Of a DNA stretch of 64,000 nucleotides, positions 1 through 13,626 are shown in pieces. Numbering within the stretch: the stretch's first letter is position 1; the number at the start of each line of letters is the position of its first letter. The position numbers were made by a program, and so were the translations under genes. Under the pieces are notes generated by a model. That model ran no database searches and was not told the DNA's origin. It was given only the letters and a program-made list of their open reading frames with translations. The DNA is taken from positions 37,200,001 to 37,264,000 of the forward strand of contig NC_043005.1 in the NCBI RefSeq assembly GCF_006345805.1. Reading direction: 5' to 3'. The DNA comes from Octopus sinensis (lineage: Eukaryota).

Positions 1-49
1 AACTGGGATTTGTAGACATTTTTTCATCATCAATATGAATGTCATCCTT

Positions 50-252
50 AAGGCAGTGAGCTTGCAGAATTGTCAGCACACTGGACAAAATGCTTAGCAA
101 CATTTTATTCACCTTCACATTCTGAGTTAAAATTCTATCGAGGTTGACTTTGCCTCTTATCCTTTTGAGGTTGATAAAATATGTACCAGATGAATAATGT
201 AATTGACTTAGCCCACCACCTAAAATTACTGGCCTTTTAAATTCGAAACCAA
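50..252 (+). mobile_element. tRNA-derived SINE, family B (decayed)
   Basis: ggcagtgagcttgcagaattgtcagcac...ctgagttaaaattc...gaggttgactttgcctcttatcctttt...gataaaat; collinear with the young copy at 28574-28804. Confidence 0.75.
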
Positions 253-665
253 TATAAAATTGTTGACAGCAACATTGTATTCCACATTTACAAACCTCAA
301 AATATATGAAATCATTCCAGGAATGTACTATGACTTTTGATTATTTTCCTTATATTTCTCACGAAAGTGGTAAAGCTGATTATGAGAAGCACAGAAGAAA
401 GAAGAAAAAGTGGATGTAGATAATTTTTTTACAGATATTTGTATTTCTATTACGTTAAAGATAAAGTTGGCACATAAATAACAAGATTTCTTTACTGTAA
501 TAACTGTGGAAACTGAGATTGTTAACTCCAAGATAAACTCCAAAGTATATATTAAATACTGTTTTATTTTTGTAGTAATATTACTATTACACTAGTGTTA
601 CTCATCATATAACTGGTAACTCTGGACATATACTTTTGCTGACATGAGTTAAAAGCCACTATTAC

Positions 666-669
<4 letters not shown>

Positions 670-706
<37 letters not shown>
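670..706. repeat. (CA)n microsatellite
   Basis: pure ac dinucleotide run. Confidence 0.95.
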
Positions 707-708
<2 letters not shown>

Positions 709-1015
709 CCACACATACATATATACATGCACACACATGCAATTAGATTTTTATGTAACTGTATGCATATGTACATAATCTGTTGTAAATCTCCCCAAAA
801 TTCATTAAAAATATAATCTTTATATCAATATGTATATATCATGTGGCCACATATATGTAATTGAAATTGTTTGTTGGGGGTAGAATTGAGGTGGAAAGAG
901 AGAGACAGGTTGAGGTAGGAATGAAAATTATCCTGTTCTGGTTATGCTGTATTTTTTTCTTCTGGTAAAGGTATATCTTTTTAGTTTCTACTTCAGAATA
1001 TGTTTAACTTAATGA

Positions 1016-1017
<2 letters not shown>

Positions 1018-1083
<66 letters not shown>

Positions 1084-1205
1084 ATCTGTATCTGTCTGTG
1101 GGTGTGCATGCATGTTTGTATTTATATATTTATATGCAAATTTTCGTGTGTGGGTATATATATATATATATATATATATGAGCATGTATTTGCATATAAG
1201 CACAC

Positions 1206-1250
<45 letters not shown>
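1018..1250. repeat. compound (TA)n/(TG)n microsatellite cluster
   Basis: three long TA runs and a TG run; source of the YIYIY/CVCVC ORFs. Confidence 0.95.
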
Positions 1251-1251
<1 letters not shown>

Positions 1252-2457
1252 TTACTGTCCCATGAAGTGTTATAAATGCATAAATATATGCATATATGTA
1301 TGCAGCATCTGTTAGTATTGTGCGTGTGTGTGTCTGTGTGCAAAACAATTGCTCTCCATGTGGCATTGAAGAATTACCATAATTGTTCTGAAAGACTATT
1401 ACATTTCAATGGACCATAATTGGCATATTTTCAATATATCCTCCCCATGCATTATTTTTTCCTTCTCTTTCTTACACACACATATATATATCATGTAACA
1501 CATTACAATGTAATATATATATATATATAATATATATAATACATATATATGTATATGTATGGATATATATATATATATATATGATTCTGAATGACATTAT
1601 CTTTCAATAAAAATGAAGTCTTTGTTTAAACATGAACTTGTGGCCTTTATTTGCTTCTGATGCCATGTATCAAGAATTGTCTCTAATCTCTCTAATTTGC
1701 ATTAAGGTTGCTCTTAGCTATACGAGGCAATCATCTTCTCTGGACCTACATATACTAATATGTCAAATTGTAGAATTCATGCTGTGATTTCTTCTAAATA
1801 TAATGTTTCATTCAGAAGAATTTATATATTAGCATTATTTGCTTAGTCTTTTACTTTCAGTTTTTTTTTTCCGTGAAACTTTTGATTAAAAACTTTGATA
1901 ATGGTTTTCATGTATAGAGTCATATGTAGAGTTATATATAGTTACGTTTGATAAAGTTTTAGTTTCTTGTCTATTTGGTGGGGGGGGGGGAAGAAATCTG
2001 CATAAAGTGAGTAGATTTTTGCTGTGCTTGAGAAAACCCATTTGTCTCCATAAAAATGAGGTTCTGTCAAGCTTGTCTTCTCACACCGATCCCTTCCCCA
2101 GTCTTCTAACTGTGGTGATACTCACTCAAGTGCTGTAAAAAAAAATACCATCCACAACCATGCCTACACTTCCCATTGCATCCCTACTGCTGTTTCTTAT
2201 CACCTCCGTGACCTACTTCTATTTCATTCATTCTCCCCCCCCCCTCACTGCATTGAACTCTATCACCGTTTCTAATATCTGCTATGTTCTTTAGCACACT
2301 TATACATCTATTCACTATTTCTGTTTCTCTATCTTTATTCTGTCTCTCATATTCACCTTGTGACATAAGGGGATGCCCTCACCATCTCTCCTCTTTGCAG
2401 CTGAGGAAGCTACTTATTCATCTCTTTAGCATGACACCTATTTCTGTTACTCTATCT

Positions 2458-2881
2458 TACTCTTTACTCTCTCTCTTTTACTCTTTTACTTATTTCAGTC
2501 ATTTGACTGCGGCCATGCTGGAGCACTGCCTTTAGTCGAGCAATTCGACCCCAGGACTTATACTTTGTAAGCCTAGTACTTATTCTATCAGTCTCTTTTG
2601 CCAAACCGCTAACTTATGGGGACGTAAACACACCACCATCAGTTGTCAAGCAATGTTGCGGGGACAAACACAGACACACAATCATATGCACACACATACA
2701 TATATATATACATATATACGACGGAATTCTTTCAGTTTCCATCTACCAAATCCACTCACAAGGCTTTGGTTGGCCTGAGGCTATAGTAGAAGACACTTGC
2801 TCAAGGTGCCACACAGTGGGATTGAACCTGGAACCATGTGGTTGGTAAGCAAGTTACTTACCACACAGCCACTCCTACGCC
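2458..2881 (-). mobile_element. tRNA-derived SINE, family A, full length
   Basis: minus strand begins ggcgtaggagtggctgtgtggtaag (A-box-like TGGCTGTGTGG) with B-box-like GGTTCAATCCC, then a conserved body, internal (TA)/(TG) run and aagagt-repeat tail; matches 48442-48858 and 54595-55010. Confidence 0.9.
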
Positions 2882-2929
2882 TTTAACTTGCTTTGACATT
2901 GTACCTCACTCAGTTGAGATTCTTTTTTT

Positions 2930-3136
2930 GTGAGTACTCTGTGACATCGTTGTTGCTGATGCCATCAGAAAAGCTCTCAATACTCTATAAGGATGATGTT
3001 AGGAAGAGAAACCAGCTGTAGAAAACTTGCCAAAGCAGATATTGCAATTCAGCACAGAACCCTGGCTCATGAATTCCTGTTGAACACTCCGACCCATGCT
3101 AGCATGGAAAAAGGAACATTAAATGATGACAATGAT
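2930..3136 (+). mobile_element. RTE-type LINE 3' tail fragment
   Basis: ttaggaagagaaaccagctgtagaaa...acccatgctagcatggaaaaaggaacattaaatgatgac; matches the 3' end of the LINE at 23540-24949. Confidence 0.7.
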
Positions 3137-3214
3137 CACACACACACACACACACAAATATACAGGTACATACATAAACATAGATATATATGTATATACA
3201 TGTATTCACACATG

Positions 3215-3246
<32 letters not shown>

Positions 3247-3447
3247 ATAAATATTAGGGAATATATCCAAATTTACAGGAAAAAAATCAGATTTAGGATT
3301 AAATCCAATTTTATTTATTAAATTTATTAAATTTTATGTATTGATTAAGTCTTTCCTTGTTTGTTTTGCAAAATAGTGGTTTTGTCTCAAATAATATTTT
3401 ATATATATATATATATATATAAAGAAAAGATAATATATATATATATA

Positions 3448-3850
3448 ATCTTGTTTCAGTCATTTGACTGCAGCCATGCTGGGATACCACCTTGAAGGGT
3501 TTTAATTGAATAAGTCAACCCTAGGACTTATCTTTTTAAAGCCTATTATTTGTTCTGCTGTTCTCTGTTGTCAAAGTGCTTAGTTATTGGGATGTAAACA
3601 CACAAATATTGGTTGTCAAGTGGTGGTGGTGGTGGGGAGGATAAATGCAGACACACATGTGTGCACACATGCACACACACACACACACACACATCTACAA
3701 TGGGTTTCTTTCAGTTGTCATCAACCAAATCCACTCACAAGGCTTTGGTCAGTCCAGAGCTATGGAAGTCACTTGTCCAAAGTGCCTTGCAGTGGGATGG
3801 AACCCAGAATCATATAGTTGGAAAACAAACTTCTTACCACACAACTATTG
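3448..3850 (-). mobile_element. SINE family A
   Basis: ttgtttcagtcatttgactgcagccatgctgg...aaatccactcacaaggctttgg...cttaccacaca. Confidence 0.85.
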
Positions 3851-3973
3851 CTGCTAACATAATGAACATGTATAGACATCTACACTACACTTATATATTT
3901 TATATGTGTGTGTTTAAAATGTTTGTTTTTCTCTTTAGTTTATCCTGACTAGAAAATATCCCTGTTAGTTTAA

Positions 3974-4194
3974 CCCTTTAGTGTTCGCATTATTCTGCCA
4001 AAATTAATGCTTTTTTATCCAAATTGTTTTGAACTAATCATGCATTATCTTGTAGCTTTGAGATTTTGATGAGGTAGCTCTTAACTTTTAAAACGATATT
4101 GTAGGGTTGGTGTGAGAGACCAGATCTGGCCAGTTTGAACATAAAACAGGCAGAATACTTTTGGCCCGATATGGCCAGTTTAAATGCTAAAGGG
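3974..4194. mobile_element. piggyBac-type MITE
   Basis: TTAA (3970-3973) + ccctttag ... ctaaaggg + TTAA (4195-4198): terminal inverted repeats with a TTAA target duplication. Confidence 0.75.
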
Positions 4195-4296
4195 TTAAGC
4201 TATATGATAATCATATAGATTCAGATTTATAAATCTAATATCTTCCTCTTCCTTCATCTCGGCAGAACCACAGGCTGACAATACATCGTATTGTTA

Positions 4297-4350
4297 ATTA
4301 AAGAGGTTTTATGTTTCCCAGATATTAAAGAGGTTTTATGTTTCCCAGAT
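4297..4350. repeat. perfect 27-bp tandem duplication
   Basis: attaaagaggttttatgtttcccagat x2. Confidence 0.9.
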
Positions 4351-5204
4351 TTGCAGATGCTTGTTATAAACTTGACTTTCTTAAAGGGTTTTGATGTATG
4401 TTCTTGTATAAAAATATATGCATGAATTTGATTATGTTTATGTAAAAAAAAACCCCCAAAAAAACAAAAAAATGGTGCTGTATAAATTTGAATTAAACAA
4501 AACTAAAACCAAGTCTTCACAATTTTACAACTCTTAATGAACTTGCTTATCTTTCGGCACCAGATTAGTTTGTGTGAATAACCTTAATTTGTTGCTAGCA
4601 TTACTCTCTGATGAAATAATTCGGCAAAAATTCTTTAAATCACTGTCTTTTTACTTCATCAGCTATTGAACAGCTAAACTGATTTGATTTATCTCTGTAA
4701 AATGAAAATTAATGCTGCTTTTAAATTGTCTTAACTCGGATTCAATATTTGATTGGATAATTTTGCAGTATGTTTGATGATCTATTAGTGCAGTGAAACT
4801 AATGGGATTTTCATATCATTAGCTTATTACTACCATTGCTCTATATTTCAGCATTATCAGTATTTTTTTGCCTAATTCATTAATGAGTTTTAAAAATACT
4901 TGCTTCTATATTGAAAGGATGGGTTCACTGCTGAGTGAATACATGCTGTTGTTGCATGTCTTTTCACAGCATGCTAGTGTTTCACTAACCAGCTAGTTAC
5001 CATTTGTTAGGGTCATCTATTTTCAGTTTATTGTAGCTAGGTAGGTTATAGTTATATACTCTCCTGCATTTTTTTTTCTTTCACCATTTCCATATTGATA
5101 TTGGAGAAATAATACTTTGATAATATGGTATGGAGACTTATTTTTCTAGAAGAGAGAAACAGAGTTTCTTTTAGATGTCACCATTTTGTAGAGAAATAAT
5201 GTAC

Positions 5205-5240
<36 letters not shown>

Positions 5241-5620
5241 TTAACTTCCATTTCCATGGTGGCTTGGGTTAGACAGTTTGACTGGAACTGGTAAACTGGA
5301 GAGCTGCACCAGGCTCCAGTCTGTTTTGGCTTGGTTTCTATGACTGGATGCCTTTCTTAATGCCAACCACTTCATAGAGTATACTGGGGTCTTTTATGCA
5401 TCACTGGAATGGGTGCCTTTTGTTTGTCAGCAGCACTGGCTACGACTACTATTTTACTTAGCTTGATATGTCTTCTCAAGCACAGCAAATCCCCAAATGT
5501 TCTAGTCATCATCACCTCTGTGGAACTCAGCATCCAGAGAGCATATTTCACCACCTTGTTACAAGTCTTCCTTGGTCTGCCTCTTTGACAAATTCTCTTC
5601 ACAGTTAGAGATCAGAACTT
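5205..5620 (-). mobile_element. RTE-type LINE 3' end (ORF C-terminus + UTR + (GAT)n tail)
   Basis: minus ORF RGRPRKTCNKVVK matches RGRPRKTWDEVVK of the 23951-24367 ORF; (cat)n at 5206-5240 is the tail. Confidence 0.85.
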
Positions 5621-5699
5621 TTTTTATACCTCCACAAATTTGAAAAACATCTTTCCTGATTGTACTTTATCGAAATGGATTTATAAAGATATTATGTGC

Positions 5700-6095
5700 A
5701 GCCATGTTTGTATTGTTGAGTGGTTAAGAAGCTCACTTTGCAACCGAATTTTCATGTTTATTCCCACCACATGGGCATATGTCTTCTATTATAGTCCTAG
5801 GTTAAACAATGCTTGTGAGTGAATTTGGTAGATGGAAACTGTGTGAAAGCCCATCATGCGTATGTATGTGTGGGCCTGTGTCTATGTGTGTGTGTGTGTC
5901 TTTGTCATTCAACCATCACCTGACAACCAATTTGTCGAGTTGGCAATTCAGTGAGTTGGCAAAAGAGACTGATAGAATAAGTACCAGATTTAAACAAAAT
6001 AAAAAATACTTCTAGAGTCGATTTGATCAACTAAAATACTTCAAAGTAATGCTGCAGCATGGCTGTAGTCTAATGACTGAAACAAGTAAAAGATA
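5700..6095 (+). mobile_element. SINE family A
   Basis: cttgtgagtgaatttggtagatggaaact...gatagaataagtacc...aatgactgaaacaagtaaaaga. Confidence 0.8.
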
Positions 6096-6939
6096 TAGTG
6101 GTTAGATTTTTTTTTATTTATCTTTAACCGATCCTGTTTGTAAGCGATGGCTATACAGGAGTACTGTTAACCATTGACTAGATATTAAAGTAACAAACTT
6201 ATTGGTACCACTGACAGGAAGTGTTGTGTCATATAAGATGGTATTATAGTCCCATCCTTGCTAGCACAGAAGGTGGACATTAAATGATGATGATGATGAT
6301 GATGTTAATGATGAAGAGATCAAGTAGCAATGTGGAAAAAAAGAAAGATACTATCAATAATACGATGAAATCTAATTCAGAATCAACATAAATCAAAGAG
6401 TAGAATTATTGTCACCATCTGAAGATATATTTATTTAGATTGTCGCATTGTTATTGCTGTCTTATCTTGAATATTCATATTGAATGACATGAAGGAGTGG
6501 AATTAAATGATCTGGAAACTTAAATAATGGAACCAACGAAGTGCAATGATTGAGGACCTAAGTTGTGGAGTGGTTAACTTATCATTAGTTGAAGCCTTTT
6601 TCATTGCTGTTGTTTTGAACCATCAAGTAAGATAAGGAAACTTTCTCAATCACACCCTTCTTGAGTAAGCTTGGCTGTTTACATTGTCATTGGTATTTCC
6701 CAGAAGAGATTTTGTTATTAGGTAGTTAATAGTGTATTAGATACACTGAAATATAAGGGATATGGCTGTTGCGAGTTCTGGGCTTAGATAAATTTGGCTG
6801 CCAATCCCTGTTAAGGTCCCCAGGATCATGAGCTATATGTTTGTCAGCAGGGAGATGAATGTTATAGCAGTGATTTTGGATATATTTCCATTTTGTTGGT
6901 GCCATAAATGATTACAGGTCTCTCAATGTCTGCCCTCAT

Positions 6940-7218
6940 AATGCCACCTCCCCATTCTCAGACACTCCTTCACTTAGTTGTATATATTATTTTCCTTGTA
7001 CATTTTCTATCTTGCTAGTTACTTGACAACCTCATTGGTGCAGGTGGCACAAAAAAAGCACCCAATATATATTGTAAAAGGGTTGGCATTAGGAAAGGCA
7101 CCCAGTCATAGAAATCATGTCAAATCTAACACTGGAGCTTAGTGCACCCCTGCGGCTTACCAGATTGTCAAATCCTCGAGTCCATGCCAATATGGAGATA
7201 ATAATGAAGATGATGATG
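6940..7218 (+). mobile_element. RTE-type 3' tail fragment
   Basis: ggtgcaggtggcacaaaaaaagcaccc...ggttggcattaggaaaggcacccag...gatgatgat. Confidence 0.75.
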
Positions 7219-7301
7219 GTATTAGTGAATTGTTTATAACACATCTATATTAATGAGTATAACAAGTTGTGTTTGTTTCTGTTTGTCTGTGTGCATTTAC
7301 A

Positions 7302-7359
7302 GTACTGTATTTAAGAGATGAGAAATTATGTACATTATTTACATTTGACGGATATTTGC
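7302..7359. mobile_element. terminal fragment of the Penelope-like fold-back family seen at 62133-62446
   Basis: tatttaagagatgagaaattatgtacattatttacatttgacggatatttg is the reverse complement of about 62390-62440. Confidence 0.7.
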
Positions 7360-7915
7360 ACGTGTGTGTGTGTGTGTGTATTTTTCTTTCATAGAAATGT
7401 TATGGTAAAAGCATTATATCCCTTATTTCGTTGAAACTATATGACAAATACTTATGTTTTTATTTGTTTTCCTAAACCCATAAAAAATATAGGAAATATT
7501 CTATCACTACAGAAACCATCCTTTGTGTACATAATTTTCTTATCTTTAAATATCATTTTCCTTGTCATTAAACATCTTTGGCCAAGAACATTTTTCATCA
7601 GTCTCCTTACATCTGTATCACAGTAGATAGGGTAGACAATTAAAGTTTAAGCCCACAATAGACTGTTAACAGATATACTTAAGCATTATTAAATGCTGTA
7701 GAGCATTCCAGTAACTTTTGCCTTTATATACACATATGTTATGGGTAAAGAAAGACTGCTGGAAAGAAAAAATACAGAAGAGAGACAGATAAAGGTGATA
7801 TTCACAACTATTCACCAAAAGAAAAAAAGAGGTATGGCAACAGAGGGAAGACAGGAAAATGGAGAAAAAAGTGAAGAGTTGGCAATTTGAAAATCCTAAT
7901 GTAAATGAAAGAAAG

Positions 7916-8356
7916 CAATTGAAAAAGGGATATGTTGTAAAGCTATTGTGAAATTTAAATAAGGTTAATGGGCTTTGCAATGGAACAAGAATTCCAATAA
8001 CCTATATATATGTGACTGTGTTTGGAGGCGACATTGTTACAAAAGCTGAACATTATTGAAAACATGTCATTGTGCCAAGAATTACTCTGAGACCTTCTGA
8101 CACCACTCTGCCATTCACTGTTATGGGTTTGCAGTATGTTTCCAGTTTGAGTGGCTTTCACAGTGACAGTGAAGAAATCTCACAATCAATCTTAGAGTAA
8201 AATAGATCTGTTCTTCTTTCCAACTGATTTATCTGTGTATAGAGAATTGTATGATGCTCTGTCGTACTTCTGTCAAGAATTACAGGAGGTAATGCAGATA
8301 TGGTGACAGTGTTGTAAAATAATTCGCCAACATTTGTGTACACTGAAGTCTTGTAA
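7916..8356 (+). pseudogene. Helitron PIF1-type helicase C-terminal remnant
   Basis: manual translation with stops and frameshifts: QLKKGYVVKLL*NLNKVNGLCNGTR...VIVPRITLRPSDTTLPF...FPV*VAFTVTVKKSHNQS...ELYDALS...VYTEVL*; matches Helitron motifs GLCNGTR, IPRI.L.PSD..LPF, FAMTINKSQGQ, QLYVALSR, NIVY.EVL. Confidence 0.85.
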
Positions 8357-8602
8357 TGTTAAAAAATTTTTTTAACTTTTATATCATCTGGATACTTAAG
8401 ATGCATACTTGTATGTTAGTTTTTATCTATTTTTTTATCTGGGTTTTCGTTAATCCTCATCATTTATCATCAAGTACCTCAGGGTTGGACAGATTTCAAG
8501 TTTAAAAACAAAATCAATTTTGATGATTACAATTAATCAAGTGTAAATAGTATTAGATCTGATAACATCACACATGGTGATGTTGGTGTTAGTTTCATAA
8601 AA

Positions 8603-8940
8603 GTGTGGTGTCAGTATAAGAATACTTATTTGTCCTTCAAATTTATTTCATTGGCAGAAGTGGAAACCTTATATATGTGTTGTTGTGATGAGATATTGGC
8701 AAACCTGGTGATGGTGCTAAGGAAGCTGAAAAAACACCTTTGTACAAAACATCCATATTTAAGTAAGAAACCTGTTGAATATTTTAGAAGGTTTATGACT
8801 GATCAAACACACTGAACTAAGCACCTGATCAACTCTGCAACTAATTTGGACAAAACTCAAGAAGCAAGCTATGTTGTTGCAGAAATTATGGCAAAAAGTT
8901 AAAATCTCACTCAATTGCCAAGTCAGTAATTTTATCATAG
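8603..8940 (+). pseudogene. hAT (Buster/Charlie, ZBED5-like) transposase N-terminal remnant
   Basis: YKNTYLSFKF...EILANLVMVLRKLKKHLCTKHPYLSKKPVEYF, then QEASYVVAEIMAK; fits the Buster BED-finger region (KLKRHL.TKH...KP.EYF; EASY.VA..IAK). Confidence 0.8.
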
Positions 8941-9152
8941 TTATCATTTTTTAACATCCACTTTTCCATGCTGACATGTTTTTGGTGCAATTTGTAGAGG
9001 TAGATCTTCCCATTGCTAGTCCTCACCAGTTTCCAAGCAAGATAATATTCCCCATGGCCATGCATGTTTTTCCTGGCAAACTGGAGACAAACATTATCTG
9101 TATGATGGTGCTTACTTATGACCATCATGTAATGTTGTGATAAGAGTACACA
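8940..9152 (-). mobile_element. RTE-tail-related insertion interrupting the hAT remnant
   Basis: tcattttttaacatccacttttccatgctg is the reverse complement of the RTE terminus. Confidence 0.6.
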
Positions 9153-9159
9153 CCTACAT

Positions 9160-9160
9160 G

Positions 9161-9200
<40 letters not shown>

Positions 9201-9375
9201 CATAAACACATGACAGGCTTCTTTCAGTTTCTAACAACCAGGTCCACTTACAAGGCTCCAGTTTGCTCGAGGCTTTAGTAGAAGACACTTGCTCAAAGTG
9301 CATAGCAGTGGGACTAAACTCAAGACCATAAAGTTGGGAAGCAAGTTTCTTAACATGCAGCCACACCAGCACCTA
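9160..9375 (-). mobile_element. SINE family A, 5' half
   Basis: caggcttctttcagtttc...agaagacacttgctcaa...gtgggactaaac. Confidence 0.8.
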
Positions 9376-9389
9376 TCAGCTTGATATAA

Positions 9390-9960
9390 AAATAATAAAT
9401 ATTCTGTTTGATTTGATAAAGTGAAAAAATAAATTTTAACTCTTTTTTTTTTCTTTTTCTGATAATTAAAGATGTATGAACAAACTGTCTTGGTTAGTGA
9501 TGAGACATGGTGAGATAAAGCTACATTCTAAGTACCAAATACACTTAACAAGAATATTTTGGGAAAGAATGAAAATATTCTTACATTCTATTCATAAAGT
9601 GAACTCATTTAAGATAAAAAGTAATATTGTGCTGAGCTAAAATGGAAAGAGAACAAAGCTGAAATGCTTGAACTGTCAGAATTTTCACAAATTAGATAAG
9701 TTTTTTTGATGAATTAATTCTCTCAAGTTTGTGTCTGCAAAGTAAAAATATTGAAATGTATTTTACATCACTCGATATACATTCCATGGTTTGGGTGAAA
9801 GATCCATATGTGTTAAATATGAGTCAAGCAATTTTAACTGTTTCTTAAGAAAATTACAAAAGTTAGAAAAGGCAGAGGACAGAAGCTGAAATACACATCA
9901 ACAGCCATAGTTTCATTGGAGTTAACTCCCCAACAGACTACATTGTACTATCACAATGAA
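9390..9960 (+). pseudogene. hAT-Buster transposase, downstream remnant
   Basis: VSDETW*DKA...LNKNILGKNENILT...HKVNSFK.K resembles SDE.W..KLA...LN...QGKNENIL...DK..SFK.K. Confidence 0.55.
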
Positions 9961-11043
9961 AGCTCTTAAATTAGTCCTCCCTTTCTCAACTGAATAACAT
10001 TGCGAATTAGGGTGAATTAAGATTAGAATGGAGAACAAGTGTTGGTTGTCTGTTCAAACAATAAAAGCGGACTTGAAATATATGCTTGCTAACCATCAGA
10101 CCTCAACAAACATGAGACACCCTGAGATATCGACTCTTACAAGTCACCCTCCTACCTTTTGCTACAAGCTAAATTAAGGCATCTTCATTGTTCATTTAAA
10201 TATATAATAATATATTTAAGTAAACTTGATTAGCAGATTTATACTTAGTGTAAAAGCATTTGCTATAATTTTGCTTTCGAATCATTGGGAGAGATTCCAT
10301 TTGTATGCTGCATTATTTTTTTGAGCTTTACTTTTTTTTTTGCGCATTCTGGATTTCCATCAAAGAAGTGGTGATGAAGTTTTTAAAATCATTTGTAGCT
10401 ATGAAGAAGTTTCAACAGAAATAGACAGTGAGGATTTTTTAAACAAAAACTTGGCACTACAGATATTTTGTAAAAAAAAATACAGTGATTAAGATGCTTT
10501 TGGAAAAAAAAAAGAAAGGAAGAAAAATTACTAACAACGAACTTTGATTTGTTTTTAATGTGTTTTTGTGAGATCATTTGAAAATTACAAAATTGTGATA
10601 TTACACTAGTTGAAAAAAAATATCTGGACAAATAAGTTCAGATTATATTATGGTGAATGACAAGTTTCCAACATTTTACCTTGGAGAAGGTTGTTGGAAT
10701 GATTTTTTTGATCAGAATAGAGATTTATTTTGATCTAAACAAAATCGCCAATGAAAAATAAAATTAAAATATTTTATTAATAGAATTGGTGGTAAAATGT
10801 TTAAATTGGGTAATGTTGTGATAATGATGAAGAAAATAATTGATGTCATGTTTTGAAGGGGAGAGAAATCTTGTGATGTTGAGAGATAATTTTTTTTCAG
10901 CTATTATCAAAAGAATGGAATTAATGTTACAAATTTAAGGCTAAAAATAAAACAGAAACCAGTAGAGTGAAGCTTTGGAAATATAAATTATATGATCAGC
11001 AACAGACTATGGATACTTGAAAAATGTGTCACTGAAAGGTCTT

Positions 11044-11268
11044 TATCTCTTTTGTTACCATATTTCTATTGAAATAAACTGCCTTTGTTTCAATTAATTC
11101 TGAAAATGGTGAAGAATTAAGTAAAATACCTTGCCATTATTAATCTGGTGTTGGAGCATAAATTAACATGAAATTTTGGTGGAAGGTTTTAATTTACATG
11201 CTTAAAACAAAATGTTTGTACCATAGATTTAGGGTTGGTCTCAGGTAGGTTGGTACCAAAATGGGCTA
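11044..11268. mobile_element. decayed piggyBac-type MITE
   Basis: ends ttatctcttttgttacc ... ggtaccaaaatgggctaa approximate TTAA-ccctttt/aaaaggg-TTAA termini. Confidence 0.5.
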
Positions 11269-11440
11269 AATTTGCCAAAAGGGTTAAATTTGACACTGAA
11301 AACTAAGGGGTAAAAAGCATTAATATAATATTGACATTATAGACAGAGATACACAACATGAAATTGATGAGCGACCAAAACTAATGAGATATAGAGATTC
11401 TTATTGCAGTGTTATGAAATACATCTTTGTTGTGGCTACT

Positions 11441-11471
<31 letters not shown>

Positions 11472-11530
11472 GGTGGTGGTGGTGGTGGTGGTGGTGGTGG
11501 TGGTGATGATGATGATGATGAAGAAGAAGA
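11441..11530. repeat. (GAT)n-(GGT)n-(GAT)n-(GAA)n trinucleotide microsatellite
   Basis: direct reading; produces poly-G, poly-V and poly-D ORFs. Confidence 0.95.
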
Positions 11531-12324
11531 AACATTTATTATATTACAACTTTCTGACAGTCATTGCAGAATGTACTCTAGTTTTTCTTGCATCCGATTA
11601 TGCTGCAGCCAAGAAAAATACACAACAACATTATTATTATGTAACTCGTACATTGATTTCTACTTAGAACACATGATGTGATGCAAATGATAATACACAT
11701 TTCTAGAGCAGAAAATGTTAATAATAACACAATGATGAAAATTTTAGTTATTGCATTTTTAATCCAGAGATTGGAATGCACTCAGCGTACTACATACATT
11801 TACACCCATATTGCTATAAAATCTTTGCACTTCCACTGCGGCATCTATGCAGTTTATGTGCAAAAGTTTGAGTGCAATCAAAACTAAACTCAGGTGCAAG
11901 TTGCATGTAATTTTTAAAAATGCACGTCTGTATTCCTTAGTGGCAGAGTGCAATGCATGCATGTATCTCTGTTATAAAAACTTGTATTAAAGTACTTGTT
12001 TTCATATAATAAAACTTTTTAAAAAAGCTGATGGTGTTCAATCAGACTTTTAGCACCATATTTTGTGTTGTATATTGGAAATGGTTGAAAGTCACTGTAA
12101 TAAATTATATTGATTCATTTTTACCATTTTCTGTTGATCTTTATATATTCACTGCTCAATTCTCATTACCATAAATCAACTCATTTCTTGTACACGCTAA
12201 TGCATATTTATGTGTATCTAATTCTGTTGTCTCTCTCTATCTGTCTCTCTATAAATATACACAAGTATACACACGCACACATGCACGCACACACACACAC
12301 ATGTGCACACAGGTGCAGACATAG

Positions 12325-12488
12325 GCACAATTGTGCTTGTGTGGCAAGAAGTTTGCTTCCCAACTATATAGTTCCAGGTTCAGTCCCATTGCATGGAACC
12401 TTGGGCTGGTGTCTTCTACTATAGCTTCGTGCCAACCATAGCGTTGTGAGTAGATTTACTAGATGGAAACTGAAAAAGTCTGTTGTAC

Positions 12489-12519
<31 letters not shown>

Positions 12520-12750
12520 GTAGACTTCTTTCATAACTGTAAATGTCTGTGTTTTTACCTCCACTACACCACTTGATAACTGACGTTGGTTTGTTTACAT
12601 CTGGTAACTTAGCAGTTCAGTTAAAGTGACTGATAGAATAAGTGCCAAGTTTAAAAAAAGTGTTGGGATCGATTTTTTGACTGAAAATTCTTAAGGGTCA
12701 TTCCACTGCATGGCCACAGTATGGTGGCCGAAACAAGTAAGGGATAACAG
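12325..12750 (+). mobile_element. SINE family A
   Basis: gtgtggcaagaagtttgcttcccaac...ggttcagtccca...gatagaataagtgcc...gaaacaagtaa. Confidence 0.85.
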
Positions 12751-13096
12751 ATGCTTATATGTGTATTTCTGTGTGTATGTGTGTGTGTAGGCTGTGTGGT
12801 AGGAAACTTGCTTCCCAACTATGTGGTTCCAAGTCTCACTGTGTGACATCTTGGGCAAATATCTTCTAGTATAGCCCCAGGCTATACTAGAATTTGAAAA
12901 AAGTCTGTCATGTTTATGCACATGCATATGCAATCTGTGAGTGAAACAGTAAAAAATGCAAGACTTTTCTCAAGTTCCAAATGTAAATTTGTGTTAACTA
13001 CATCCCAAAGACGGAGCCTTGTATCTTTGTTGGCAACCATCTCCCTCCTCGTTGGAATATTTATAATAATTAAAAAATAGAAGAGACGTGCATATA

Positions 13097-13626
<530 letters not shown>

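Noticed and set aside
2820-2881. tRNA-like A/B boxes at SINE heads as tRNA genes
   Set aside because: No complete cloverleaf; each continues into a repeated SINE body.
6380-6920. Possible L1/Tx1 endonuclease remnant on minus (IIYGTN, LMIL/GDLN, SR*D)
   Set aside because: Motifs are short and need several frameshifts; not distinguishable from chance by eye.
10340-10900. Purine-rich stretch that looks like decayed coding sequence
   Set aside because: Many stops and no recognisable motif.
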